From assembly GCA_963695335.1 (NCBI GenBank), contig OY968764.1, forward strand, positions 224,001-288,000: 64,000 nt of DNA, given 5' to 3'. The translations under genes and the position numbers were made by a program. The stretch's first letter is position 1; each line of letters begins with the position of its first letter. This DNA comes from an uncultured bacterium (GTDB lineage Bacteria > Babelota > Babeliae > Babelales > Vermiphilaceae). This document shows positions 20,472 through 30,320 of the stretch, piece by piece. The notes under the pieces were generated by a model, which was given only the letters and a program-made list of their open reading frames with translations, had not been told where the DNA came from and made no database searches.

Positions 20472-20909
20472 CTATCTACAGTTACAATGACAACTTTTTT
20501 TCTGTATCATCGGCAACCTATTCACCATAGAAGAGTATGGTTTATGCTTGGTGAGAGTAAACAATTGTGTTACGTCAGTACAATTTTCTACATCAGAAAG
20601 TTTTAATATAACGTTACCCTTACTTCCACATTCATTTTGCTGACAATCGTATACAGGGATCCATAATTGTGATTTTTCATTTTGAATCATATAAACAGTA
20701 AACTGAGCATGTTTAACTTGATCACCAAAACGGCGTTTACCATTTTTAGGGATAATCATAAATGTTCGATCGAGTGTATTAAGAATAGCTATTTTGTTAT
20801 TACTATCATTAATGAATGTTGTCATACATCCAAAAAGATTATTTCCTATTATTGCAGTGCATAACAAAGCTATAAATATAAACCTTTTATTTTTGTTTTT
20901 CATAAACAT
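20472..20909 (-). CDS. Secreted hypothetical protein
   Basis: Basic plus hydrophobic N-terminus; AAGGA RBS. Confidence 0.6.
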   Translation of the reverse strand: MFMKNKNKRFIFIALLCTAIIGNNLFGCMTTFINDSNNKIAILNTLDRTFMIIPKNGKRRFGDQVKHAQFTVYMIQNEKSQLWIPVYDCQQNECGSKGNVILKLSDVENCTDVTQLFTLTKHKPYSSMVNRLPMIQKKSCHCNCR

Positions 20910-21121
20910 GATCCTTTATTACTGATATATCTACAACTCCTTTTGCTCTTAATTTACACTTATCAAAATCCAAATAGCAATAACTGTCAAATAAACATAA
21001 CTTTATACACTAGAACAAAGGCTTTTTGTTTGTTTTATAATTTTTATTGAATGTGCTGAGCAAAAAAATATATTTTAGAGAAAAAAGAGCTGTAAAATAC
21101 AAAACAAAGGTCATCCCCGCG

Positions 21122-23500
21122 ATGAAAAATAAAAAATGTACTATCACACTTTTGCTTTGTATATTATTGCCAATAGCTTTACGTGGCATGAAACAAACTT
21201 CTAAAATATTTCGTCCCGGGACTAAACCAACTGCACCAATAATTCGCAAACCTCAACCGGAAATCAAACTACCCACAGAATCACCAACAAAACCTCAAAC
21301 AGGTACCATACAGCTTCCACAGCCAAGCACATCAAAACCAATACAACCTATCAGGCCATCTGAACCCATTAAATCTCTTGAACCTGCAAAGCGATATCAG
21401 ACATTTATTTCTCCAAAAGATAGAATAGAGCATTATAAAACACTCATAGAAGATGCTCAAAAATATAATTTAAAGATCAAAAAATATAACAATCTTATTA
21501 AACATATCGAACAAGCAGAAGATTTTACAGAAACTGAAACAGTTAATATAGCCAATCTCTTTGATGTATTACAAGCTAAAATTGAGTTAAAAGAACTAAC
21601 TATAACACTCGATAATCTCATAACAACTGCAAAAGAAGCAGGCATTTCAGATCAAGATTTAAAAAAATTTAAAAAACTGGATATCAATACAGCTAAAGAC
21701 ATGTTAACAATTGATATTTTTAAAGAAGAAACAGATAAACAAATCAATGAACTTGAAAATCTCATCAAAGAACAAAAAACAAAAAAAGTCTCTGAAAAAA
21801 CTTCAAAAGAGATCGCTATAGAACAACAAATTGAAAAAGAGATCTTGGAAGGTTTGCAAGAGTCTGAACAAGAAAAAACAACAAAAGAAACTGAAGAGCT
21901 CCAGAAAAAGCCTGCTCGTAAACCAATCAGAGTTCCAAAAGAAATTAAAGAAAGCCCCTTGAAAGAATTTAGAGATAAAGAACAACTCAAACTCGCCCAA
22001 GAAGCTGCTGAACAAAAAAAGATCGAAGAAAAAGCACGATTAAAAGCGGAAAAAGACCAAAAAGAAATTAATCAATTATATAAAGAAATTGAAAAAGAAG
22101 TTGATGCCGAACTAAAAATAGAACAGGAGCGGCTTGAAGCAGAAGGACAAATCAGAAAAATTGAACAAGAACAAGAGAGAGTTTCTGCCAGCAAAGAAGA
22201 ACAACAGCCACTCATTAATGAAATAACTGAACTTGAAGCACAGTTAGGAAAGATCGAAAAAGAGCAACAAAAACGCAAAAAAAAGATAGAACGGTTGCAA
22301 AAAGAATGGCAAATCAAACAAACAGAGCTCGATGAACAAACAAACGAAGAGCAACAAGCACATACAGCGCAACAAATGATTGAATCCAATCTGCGCAAAA
22401 ACGAGTTACAAAAAATCAAAGAAGAAGCCGCACAAGCAAAACAAGAAGCTGTTGAAGCTGAAAAAAAAGCGAGAGAGCAAGCACAATTCGAAATGGAACA
22501 ATTAGAAAATACAATAAAAGCTGATGAGCTTGCTTTACAAGAAATGCAAAAAAAACAGCTAGAATTAGAGGAAAAATTGGAAGCTGAAAAAGCTAAGACA
22601 GAAGAAAGAGAACGGCAGAAAAAAGAACATGAAAAAGAAGAACGCGAAAGAAGAGAACGGGAAGAAAGAGAAAGAGAAAAAAAAGAAGAAAAAGTTGAAG
22701 GTGGCGGAGATAGCAGCATACCACACAACATACAAGGGGAACCTTCTCAAGACATTAATAAACCAGAAATATCTCAAGAAGAACAGGGCAATGAAAAACC
22801 AAATATTCCAATATCTTCTCAACCCCAAGAACCATTACTTCCTACTCCAGAAGAAATCAAACCTGGTGAAGCGGCTCTGTTACCACAAAACACCCCTGAA
22901 ACCACTCCCACACAACCAACAGAAGAACCACAACCAATAATGCAAGAGCCCATTGAACAAACAATACAACAACCAACAGAGCAAACTCAGGAAGAAACAA
23001 GCCCCAGCTTTAGAGGAACATCAACCGGAACCTCTCCACGCTGGCCAACTTCGCCATCTTCCTCTTATATCCCTTCCACTAAAACAACTCCTTTTACACC
23101 TTCTATCCCTTCTGGAGTTGGTATGCCTTCAGCAGCAGGAAGCATGGGTGGAACCTCTCTTGATCACATGAATCGTTATATACAAAGAATTGGCCTGCCA
23201 CCACGCCCTGCAACCAAAGAAGAAATTGCTGCTTACGAGGCTGCACAAGCAAAAAAAATACAACCTCAAGATATTGTGTGGTGGGAAAAGATACTACCAA
23301 AATGGGTAGTGCAATATTTAGGACGTAAAGACCGGACTATAAAAGAGACGCCACCCGTAGAAACATCAGCGCCAATACCTGCGCCAGAAGAAGTAAAAAC
23401 TGAAAAACCAAAACCTGGCGTTGTGCAAATCTTCATTGAGACGATCAAAAAGCCTATCAGCAATGCTGTAAGTTACATCCGTGGGCTCTTTTACGACTAA
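21122..23500 (+). CDS. Large secreted coiled-coil, low-complexity (E/K/Q; P/T/S) protein
   Basis: Signal ..IALRG|MK; long EKQ-rich helix; Pro/Thr-rich flanks. Confidence 0.75.
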   Translation: MKNKKCTITLLLCILLPIALRGMKQTSKIFRPGTKPTAPIIRKPQPEIKLPTESPTKPQTGTIQLPQPSTSKPIQPIRPSEPIKSLEPAKRYQTFISPKDRIEHYKTLIEDAQKYNLKIKKYNNLIKHIEQAEDFTETETVNIANLFDVLQAKIELKELTITLDNLITTAKEAGISDQDLKKFKKLDINTAKDMLTIDIFKEETDKQINELENLIKEQKTKKVSEKTSKEIAIEQQIEKEILEGLQESEQEKTTKETEELQKKPARKPIRVPKEIKESPLKEFRDKEQLKLAQEAAEQKKIEEKARLKAEKDQKEINQLYKEIEKEVDAELKIEQERLEAEGQIRKIEQEQERVSASKEEQQPLINEITELEAQLGKIEKEQQKRKKKIERLQKEWQIKQTELDEQTNEEQQAHTAQQMIESNLRKNELQKIKEEAAQAKQEAVEAEKKAREQAQFEMEQLENTIKADELALQEMQKKQLELEEKLEAEKAKTEERERQKKEHEKEERERREREEREREKKEEKVEGGGDSSIPHNIQGEPSQDINKPEISQEEQGNEKPNIPISSQPQEPLLPTPEEIKPGEAALLPQNTPETTPTQPTEEPQPIMQEPIEQTIQQPTEQTQEETSPSFRGTSTGTSPRWPTSPSSSYIPSTKTTPFTPSIPSGVGMPSAAGSMGGTSLDHMNRYIQRIGLPPRPATKEEIAAYEAAQAKKIQPQDIVWWEKILPKWVVQYLGRKDRTIKETPPVETSAPIPAPEEVKTEKPKPGVVQIFIETIKKPISNAVSYIRGLFYD

Positions 23501-23608
23501 AATATTCTTTAATCCTCCACGTTTTTATTAAAACCATTGCTATTAGAAAATCATTTATGTGATACTAAAACCAGTAATAATATAGTTTTTTATCAAAAAG
23601 GAGATCTC

Positions 23609-24046
23609 ATGAAATTTCTTAAAAGTACAATAGCTATGGTAGCATTGTTTGCTATCGGATCTGTAAATGCAAAAGTAATGAAAAAGGTAACTAGCCCTGC
23701 TGTGTCAGCTCCAAAACCTGCCCCTTATAACAAACCACTACCTGCATTACCTGCAAAACCTACCCCTAAAGGCATAACTCTATTTAATGAATACAAACAC
23801 AAAATAAATGCTAATGATAAAGTCACCAATGATTTTATTAAATCCGTCAATTCAGCAAAATTGTCTGATGAAGAAAAAGTAAATCTATTAGGATCTGCGG
23901 CAAGCATACTTAAAAAATCTACTTCAGCAAATAGAGATGCTTTACGTTCTGCTCGTCAACAGTTAATACCACTTCCTGCTCTTCCAGAAAAACAAGAAGA
24001 AGAACAAGAATTAAACATGGAAGAATTCTTCTACGCAAATGAATAA
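23609..24046 (+). CDS. Secreted Pro-rich hypothetical protein (paralog family)
   Basis: AAGGAG RBS; MKFLKSTIAMVALFAIGSVNA|K, similar to 24467 and 24946. Confidence 0.7.
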   Translation: MKFLKSTIAMVALFAIGSVNAKVMKKVTSPAVSAPKPAPYNKPLPALPAKPTPKGITLFNEYKHKINANDKVTNDFIKSVNSAKLSDEEKVNLLGSAASILKKSTSANRDALRSARQQLIPLPALPEKQEEEQELNMEEFFYANE

Positions 24047-24081
24047 TACAATCAACTGACAAACTCAAAAAAGATACATCT

Positions 24082-24113
24082 AAAAATCCTGGCCTAAAAA
24101 CCAGGATTTTTTT
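24082..24113 (+). terminator. Intrinsic terminator
   Basis: AAAAATCCTGG..CCAGGATTTTTTT. Confidence 0.75.
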
Positions 24114-24134
24114 AACCCAAAAAAAGGAAATTAT

Positions 24135-24425
24135 ATGAAAAGTAAGCTAATAATAGCCATAACTCTCATTATAAGTTTTAGCACCACGCACATATCAGCT
24201 TATTCAAACAGACCTTCCTCCCCTTCATCATCTATTAAACGCAAAGACGCAGCAAAACATATAACGATACATGGAAAGCGAATAACCAAAAAACCTGAAT
24301 ATTATCGCCCCGGCAAATCCGATGGTCTGCAAAATTGGCCTGGAAAAACAATTGATGCTGGGATGAATACAGGAATGTTATCAACAAATAGTGCTTCTTA
24401 CTCAGGAAATGATGTATCGTTTTAA
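24135..24425 (+). CDS. Small secreted hypothetical protein
   Basis: AAGGA RBS; signal peptide. Confidence 0.6.
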   Translation: MKSKLIIAITLIISFSTTHISAYSNRPSSPSSSIKRKDAAKHITIHGKRITKKPEYYRPGKSDGLQNWPGKTIDAGMNTGMLSTNSASYSGNDVSF

Positions 24426-24466
24426 AAAAATAGATCATCAAACAAACTAAAAAAGAAGGATTTTTT

Positions 24467-24946
24467 ATGACACATTTCAAGAAAATGCTTGCAATTGCAG
24501 CACTATTCACCATCGGGCTTGCACATGCAAAACAGATGGTGAAAAAAACAACTACAGCACCTATAACAACACCTGTAACTCAACCAATACAACCGATTAA
24601 ACCACAAACAAAGCCATTACCACAACCCAAGCAACAACCATCATCCTCCTCCGCCAAGGCTTCGGCGGACAGGGCAAAAACATTTAAGCAACTTTATAAT
24701 GAAGTAAAAAATGCAAAAAATGCCTGGGACTATAAAACTCAACTATTAAGCGAAACCTTTGTTAATAATCTTTTTAATGATGCTCAAACAGCAAAAATAA
24801 GTAATATGCAATTCGATTTTTTAATATTATTCGCACAAGATTGTCATGCACAATTTACCGGCCCTAAAAAGGATATTGATATATTAAAAGGTCTTCAAAA
24901 TCAACGTGTAAACATTTCGTATCTCTTTGCAGACAGGGAGCTATAA
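24467..24946 (+). CDS. Secreted hypothetical protein (paralog family) with in-frame repeat
   Basis: Signal ..GLAHA|KQ; repeat 24644-24673 encodes SSSAKASADR. Confidence 0.7.
   Translation: MTHFKKMLAIAALFTIGLAHAKQMVKKTTTAPITTPVTQPIQPIKPQTKPLPQPKQQPSSSSAKASADRAKTFKQLYNEVKNAKNAWDYKTQLLSETFVNNLFNDAQTAKISNMQFDFLILFAQDCHAQFTGPKKDIDILKGLQNQRVNISYLFADREL
24644..24673 (+). repeat. 30-nt palindromic repeat (family B) in frame
   Basis: TCCTCCTCCGCCAAGGCTTCGGCGGACAGG: GC-rich hairpin inside an AT-rich gene. Confidence 0.8.
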
Positions 24947-25947
24947 TGAAATCTTTTAAAAGTACAGCTATAATCTTAACGTTATGTATCATTGGAAATA
25001 TAAATACAAAACAAGTAGGAAAAAAAGGAATTACTACCTCGCCCGTAACAACACCCTCCTCCGCTCCATCTTCCGCACAAGGCTCCAGAGGACACGGTAA
25101 AGCTTCCTCTTACGCTAAAGCTACAGAGGACAGGTCGGCGAACAGGCCACAACCTCAAAAACAACTACAACTTCAAAAGGGAACATTCAGAGAATTCCTT
25201 AATGAAATTAGAAATATGAAAACAAATGATATATTTACACCAGACAGATCGCAATTTACTGATAAAGTAGTATGGCTTATAGCTAGCGCAAGAATCTCTC
25301 CTCTTGAACGTTTAGAAACTGATAGTCTATTGCACGCGTTAACGCTATTACATGTCATTGGCACAATAATTCCTATAGAAGATGTACTCGATCCTAACAA
25401 AGAAAAAGAGCATGAAAAAAAAATCAAGTCTTTAACGAATGATTTGAACAAAAGAGTAGAAGCGTTGGTTGAAAAACAAAATCCAACAATACAAGAATTT
25501 CCAAAAGAAAAACCTAAAACAGAAGTAACTAAAAAAGAAGAAAAAAAAGAATTACCGAAATTTGAACAACCACGCGTGACGGAAAAAAACAAACAAATGA
25601 TGCAAGGGCGTCTAGAAATAGAAACTGCATTAAAATTAAACATGTTCATTGACAAGAGCGATCTTGATAATAATGACATGAAAAAAATCTGTACCGAAAT
25701 TGATTTTCTATTAAGAAAAGCCAATCTGGACTATGAACAATTAGGCTCTACAAATGCAGAAAAAATTGCCAATGCTAACATGGCAATCGATATGGTCAAA
25801 AAAGAAATCATAAATAAACTCTCAGAGCTTAAACCAAAAACAATGCTAAAATTAGCCGATTATATACTACTTACGAAACAAAACGATAAAACTATGATAG
25901 AAATTGGAAAAGAACTCAACATGCGTGCGACTGCACAATCTTTATAA
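24946..25947 (+). CDS. Secreted hypothetical protein (paralog family) with nested in-frame repeats
   Basis: Signal ..GNINT|KQ; overlaps upstream stop. Confidence 0.7.
   Translation: MKSFKSTAIILTLCIIGNINTKQVGKKGITTSPVTTPSSAPSSAQGSRGHGKASSYAKATEDRSANRPQPQKQLQLQKGTFREFLNEIRNMKTNDIFTPDRSQFTDKVVWLIASARISPLERLETDSLLHALTLLHVIGTIIPIEDVLDPNKEKEHEKKIKSLTNDLNKRVEALVEKQNPTIQEFPKEKPKTEVTKKEEKKELPKFEQPRVTEKNKQMMQGRLEIETALKLNMFIDKSDLDNNDMKKICTEIDFLLRKANLDYEQLGSTNAEKIANANMAIDMVKKEIINKLSELKPKTMLKLADYILLTKQNDKTMIEIGKELNMRATAQSL
25054..25146 (+). repeat. Three nested family B repeats (30+33+30 nt) in frame
   Basis: Removing 25066-25098 and 25105-25134 leaves CCCTCCTCCGCTAAAGCTTCGGCGAACAGG, 26/30 identical to 24644-24673. 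Confidence 0.75.
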
Positions 25948-25964
25948 TATAATAACAGTGAATT

Positions 25965-26029
25965 ATCGGGTAGGAGGGGACGATTAGTCCCTGACCTCCC
26001 ACACCACCGCACGTACCGTTCGGTATACG
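25965..26029 (-). mobile_element. Group IIC intron 3' remnant (partial domain V plus domain VI)
   Basis: CGTATACCGAACGGTACGTGCGGTGGTGTGGGAGG...CCTACCCGAT, near-identical to 27940-28005; 5' arm of DV (GAACCGC) missing. Confidence 0.85.
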
Positions 26030-26170
26030 TATGAACTTTACAGATGATCTTACATAAGTAAGCATACCACAACCCTTTATTCCCGTAAAAAGCCCCTAAT
26101 TTGATCACGACAAACAGAATAAATAATACCTTCTGAGGCAAATATCCTTGTTGTATCAACATTTTTCATA

Positions 26171-27483
26171 CAGGGCGATCGCATTTAAAACTCTGATTTT
26201 AACGGAAATTTCGAAATTCACTTGATACACTATTTGTATTGGAGGCTGGAGGATAAAGACGGAACAAAATAAAAAAAGTATGATGCTCAAAAAAAACGTC
26301 CCACTTGAAAAAGGAGATTTTTAATGAGCATCATACTGCATGAAATATGGCATAACTACGACCATTTGGCAAATCTTATAGCATGCTTAGAAGAAGTCAC
26401 TGATCCAAGAATTGATCGATGTAAAAAACATGAACTTGTCGTAATACTTTTGATTGCAATTTTAGCTATATTTTCCGGTGCACAAAACTGGGTACATGTG
26501 GTGAGATTTGCACATGATCATGAAGAATGGTTACATGATAAAATATGGCTTCCAAATGGTATTCCATCACATGATACCTTCCATCGTGTCTTTTTACTTT
26601 TAAATCCAAAAGAATTAAAAGATTGGTTAGTGCTTTGGCTCGAAGTTGCACTGCATGATAATAGCGACCATATCGCAATTGATGGCAAAGTCATAGAAGC
26701 TTGGTCTTCAAACAATCCGTTTACGTTAATAAATGCATTCAGTCCTTCATCAAAAATAGTTCTTGAGCAAGCACGTGTTCCAGATGGCAATAATGAATTA
26801 ACCGGTATGAATCGCGTATTAGATACGCTAAATTTAAAGGGAAAAGTAATCACTATTGATGCGATGGGTACAAGAAAAGCATTTGTAAAAAAAATTATCG
26901 CACGAGGCGGTGATTATATCTTGCCAGTTAAACTGAATAATCGTTTACTTTACGAAGATATTGACCTTTTTTTACGTACACTCGCACAAGGTGAACATGA
27001 AGAAATTGCATATAAATATCATGAAACTATCGATTATAAGCATGGTAGAAAAGAAATCCGAAGGTGCTATTCAACCGAATATATTGATTGGATCTATCAA
27101 AAGAAAGAATGGACCAATCTAAAATCAATAACTCTTATAGAATCAAAGGTTGAAGGTAAAAGAAGAAATGCAAATAATATACGTCTTTTTATCAGCAGCC
27201 TACCAGCAGATCCCGAACGTATCTTGGGTTATATTCGTGCCCATTGGAGCATCGAAAACCATCTTCACAGAAGTCTTGATGTCAATTTTAACGATGATCA
27301 AAGAAGCTTAAGAAAAGGCCATGGGGCTCAAAATTTTAATTTTCTCAGTGCCTTCGTTAATTCACTTTTAACCAGAAAAACCTCAGATTTCAGCTTGGGA
27401 AATAAATTACGAAGAGGAAATAGTGACCCTAATTTTATTTTGGATACCCTTATAAATCCAGGGTTTTAAATGCGATCGCCCTG
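26171..27483 (+). mobile_element. ISAs1-family insertion sequence, 1313 bp
   Basis: Perfect 21-bp terminal IRs CAGGGCGATCGCATTTAAAAC; 9-bp direct repeat TTTTTCATA on both sides. Confidence 0.95.
26324..27469 (+). CDS. ISAs1 DDE transposase
   Basis: DPR..CKKH.L, GIPSHDTF.RVF, IAIDGK, TIDAMG, HGRKEIR, RAHWSIENHLH..LDV. Confidence 0.95.
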   Translation: MSIILHEIWHNYDHLANLIACLEEVTDPRIDRCKKHELVVILLIAILAIFSGAQNWVHVVRFAHDHEEWLHDKIWLPNGIPSHDTFHRVFLLLNPKELKDWLVLWLEVALHDNSDHIAIDGKVIEAWSSNNPFTLINAFSPSSKIVLEQARVPDGNNELTGMNRVLDTLNLKGKVITIDAMGTRKAFVKKIIARGGDYILPVKLNNRLLYEDIDLFLRTLAQGEHEEIAYKYHETIDYKHGRKEIRRCYSTEYIDWIYQKKEWTNLKSITLIESKVEGKRRNANNIRLFISSLPADPERILGYIRAHWSIENHLHRSLDVNFNDDQRSLRKGHGAQNFNFLSAFVNSLLTRKTSDFSLGNKLRRGNSDPNFILDTLINPGF

Positions 27484-27576
27484 TTTTTCATAGCTATACT
27501 ATTGACAAATTGAAACTCAAAAAGATAGACTTACAAGTGATAGATATCATATTAATCTCAAAAAAGGAATGTTTCC

Positions 27577-27906
27577 ATGAAAAACACAAAAAACTTACTT
27601 GTTACAGGCTTAGCCCTGGCAATAACATTATGTTCATCAATACAAGTATTTGCACAGCTTACCGGGCCTCAACGAATGCTTGTTAAAGAGGAGATGGATA
27701 ATCAAAAATTACTCTATGAAGATCTTGTTGAGCTAAGGAACATAGCAATACGAAATGGTAATAAAGCCAAAGAAAACTACAATCATAATAAGGCAATGGC
27801 ACATTATACAAAAAAACAAAAACTAGAAGAACTTTATGGAACTACAAAGACATATTCTGACTCCGAGGTATCTAATAAAATAGAACGCATAAAAAGTGAG
27901 CAATAA
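27577..27906 (+). CDS. Small secreted hypothetical protein
   Basis: Signal ..IQVFA|Q; AAGGA RBS; upstream TTGACA..TAGACT promoter-like. Confidence 0.65.
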   Translation: MKNTKNLLVTGLALAITLCSSIQVFAQLTGPQRMLVKEEMDNQKLLYEDLVELRNIAIRNGNKAKENYNHNKAMAHYTKKQKLEELYGTTKTYSDSEVSNKIERIKSEQ

Positions 27907-27939
27907 CTTTAATTCATTCCACTAACATTAAAGTCAACA

Positions 27940-28485
27940 ATCGAGTAGGAGGGGACGATTAGTCCCCCGACCTCCCACACCACCGCACGTACCGTTCGGT
28001 ATACGGCGGTTCATATAAAACTACAAAGTTCTTCATATCGTGTTAAAAGACTTACAAGCCCTTGCTCTCGCCAATAGGCGAGGTCCAGGGCTTTGTGCGT
28101 TTGTGGCGTTAAGGTTTTTTTTTCTTTTCAGGTACTATGACATCTGGTGACTTCTGATGATTTAGCCACTTTTTTTTTCAAAGTGATTTGCCAATATAAT
28201 TAGCGTATCATCAGATCTCCTCGGGTAAGTTCGCTGTCTTTCATTCCATTTACCTGTCTCATTTACCTCCGATAGCCTTTGGCAATATGGATTTTGTTTT
28301 CTGTGGCAAACTCATCAAACTATCGTGGCCTCCTATGAGCTTCGTGTTCCTCAGGCCGGAATTTTGCCGCCAACTTCCTTTAGATTCCGCCTTACGGCGG
28401 ACACCCTTGTCTTAGGCTAAAAGTTACTATTGCCTTCACTTTTCAGGATTTTCACCTTATAGACTTGCGCACATGCCGAGCGCAC
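27940..28485 (-). mobile_element. Internally deleted (RT-less) group IIC intron, 546 nt
   Basis: 5' GTGCGCTCGGCATG; DV GAACCGCCGTATACCGAACGGTACGTGCGGTGG; 3' CCTACTCGAT; inserted just after a terminator; keeps maturase tail ..HKALDLAYWREQGLVSLLTRYEEL..*. Confidence 0.9.
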
Positions 28486-28490
28486 CACAA

Positions 28491-28523
28491 GAAAAAAGTC
28501 CTGGTTTTTCCAGGACCTTTTTT
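28491..28523 (-). terminator. Intrinsic terminator (intron target site)
   Basis: GTCCTGG-AAAAA-CCAGGAC plus T tract. Confidence 0.85.
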
Positions 28524-28544
28524 AATTCAAAATAATAGTGTTGG

Positions 28545-30155
28545 TTAGTAAGACACGCCCATTTTGCCCCAAATAACCCATCTGCGTGGAACTGCATTAT
28601 TGTTTTTTGAGAACGTGTATGATGCACCAACATTACCAAATAATGGATATTCTCTGTCGTATGCATGGAAACCAATAGTTGCATATAATGTGTTAGCAAA
28701 TAGTGCAGGAGTTGCTGCTGAGTTAAGGTTCAAATCTGATTCTTGAATTAAACTCATTTCATAATTTGCTACAGATACTGGGATTATAATACCATCGCAT
28801 GCAATGCTTAAATCATCTGGAATATTTGCAACAATCTGTTCATCATATTTATTACCATCAATTGTACGGATTGGATTTGTTGTACCATTGCCTAGATAAT
28901 GTTTAAGAGCTGGGCCAACTTGCCATGGGCAATGGAGCTTAACATTTTCAGCTCTTTTAGCGAGGAAGTTATAACCACCTTCAATTTGCAACTTTTTCCA
29001 GGTGAACTGAAATGCAGTGTTAATATCTGTTGTTAATCCTGGAGTAACTTTTACTTCTTGTGTAAACACGTTAATACCAGGAGTTGAATTATTCATCGCA
29101 AATGGTGGATTACTTACAATCAAATCAGCCGCTTCTTGTGCTTCTTCCTGATTGATATACACCGGCAAATAACGGCTCCATGGTCTATTTTTTAAATCAA
29201 AAGAACGTCTTTGTTTATTTTCAAACAACCACTCAAAATGGTTTGCTAATTCATAGCGAATATCCATGTCACCAGAAGCACTCTCCCAAAGATCTATTCC
29301 CAAAGAGCTACCAAACATAATCCCAAAGTTTTTACCACGACCAACAATTGGTTGGAAAACATACTCAGCTTCATTTTTGTTACCTGTTGGGATGACAATA
29401 CCAAAATATGATTCCATATGAGTTGGTGAATGATCAAGCCATTCGTAACCAACCTTTGCTTCTATATCCCCCAAGCCCGTTTTTTTCATAGAACAATCAC
29501 TGATTTTCCCATACTTCCAATCTGATTGCTGGAATGCTTGCGTCATATTTGCTACAGCAAATTCAGTTGCGGCCTCATTCACACCACCACCATCATTTTC
29601 AATTTTTTCAAAAAAGTTCATATCATTATTAACACGCATAATTGGTGCAGAAAAACTAAACCATACACCTTTTTTATATGTATGGCTTTTCCAAACACTT
29701 TGACGAATATGAAGACCAAGACCAATAACTGATTGTTGTGGACGAACGCTAATTGTACTTTCAAATGTATTATTCACCGTGAAAACGTTAAAGTCTTGTG
29801 CAAGAAGATCTTTTTTAACATTAAAGCCTGGTTGTTGAGGAGGACCATCATTTGCTGCGACTAATGATGTATTTGCATCTGGAAAAAAATACTGCGCTAA
29901 ATCTTCTTGATCAGATGTTTGACTTCCAAAAAGAACTGCCTGGAACGCACCACCCCAACCATTTTCACGCGTTAAATTGCGATCATTACGAAATCCTGAA
30001 ACCATTTCTGGTTGTTGTGATACAAATAGTGGATGGATTGTCAGCGTAGTTTTACTTGTTGCTTCTAATTCAGCCGCTTCATTTCTACAATCAGCTAATA
30101 ATGGTATTCCCACTGTTAGCGATAAAATTGCCATTATTCGTGTATTCTTCATCAT
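28545..30155 (-). CDS. Putative outer-membrane beta-barrel protein
   Basis: Signal peptide; alternating beta-strand pattern; C-terminal WGKMGVSY beta-signal-like; AAGGAG RBS. Confidence 0.65.
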   Translation of the reverse strand: MMKNTRIMAILSLTVGIPLLADCRNEAAELEATSKTTLTIHPLFVSQQPEMVSGFRNDRNLTRENGWGGAFQAVLFGSQTSDQEDLAQYFFPDANTSLVAANDGPPQQPGFNVKKDLLAQDFNVFTVNNTFESTISVRPQQSVIGLGLHIRQSVWKSHTYKKGVWFSFSAPIMRVNNDMNFFEKIENDGGGVNEAATEFAVANMTQAFQQSDWKYGKISDCSMKKTGLGDIEAKVGYEWLDHSPTHMESYFGIVIPTGNKNEAEYVFQPIVGRGKNFGIMFGSSLGIDLWESASGDMDIRYELANHFEWLFENKQRRSFDLKNRPWSRYLPVYINQEEAQEAADLIVSNPPFAMNNSTPGINVFTQEVKVTPGLTTDINTAFQFTWKKLQIEGGYNFLAKRAENVKLHCPWQVGPALKHYLGNGTTNPIRTIDGNKYDEQIVANIPDDLSIACDGIIIPVSVANYEMSLIQESDLNLNSAATPALFANTLYATIGFHAYDREYPLFGNVGASYTFSKNNNAVPRRWVIWGKMGVSY

Positions 30156-30320
30156 TCTCCTTTTTTTATTTGATTCATTATCTTCATTTTTCTACCATGA
30201 ATAGACAAATTCATCAAATTTTACTCTAAAAAAATATCCTGAAGATAAACTCTTTCATTAAAAGATGATACAATCAAAAACAAGAGTTTATCTCAAACAA
30301 ATTAATTAGTTCCCTCTATG

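Noticed and set aside
22072..22731. 219-aa antisense ORF, plus other shadow ORFs over hppA, alaS, the P-type ATPase and similar genes
   Set aside because: Stop-poor reverse frames of real or low-complexity genes, with no motifs or RBS
25860..26162. 100-aa minus-strand ORF
   Set aside because: Reads through the intron DV/DVI remnant; at most a degenerate maturase tail
28457..28699. 80-aa ORF crossing the terminator into the intron
   Set aside because: Alternative frame of the 28545 gene; not an intron-encoded protein
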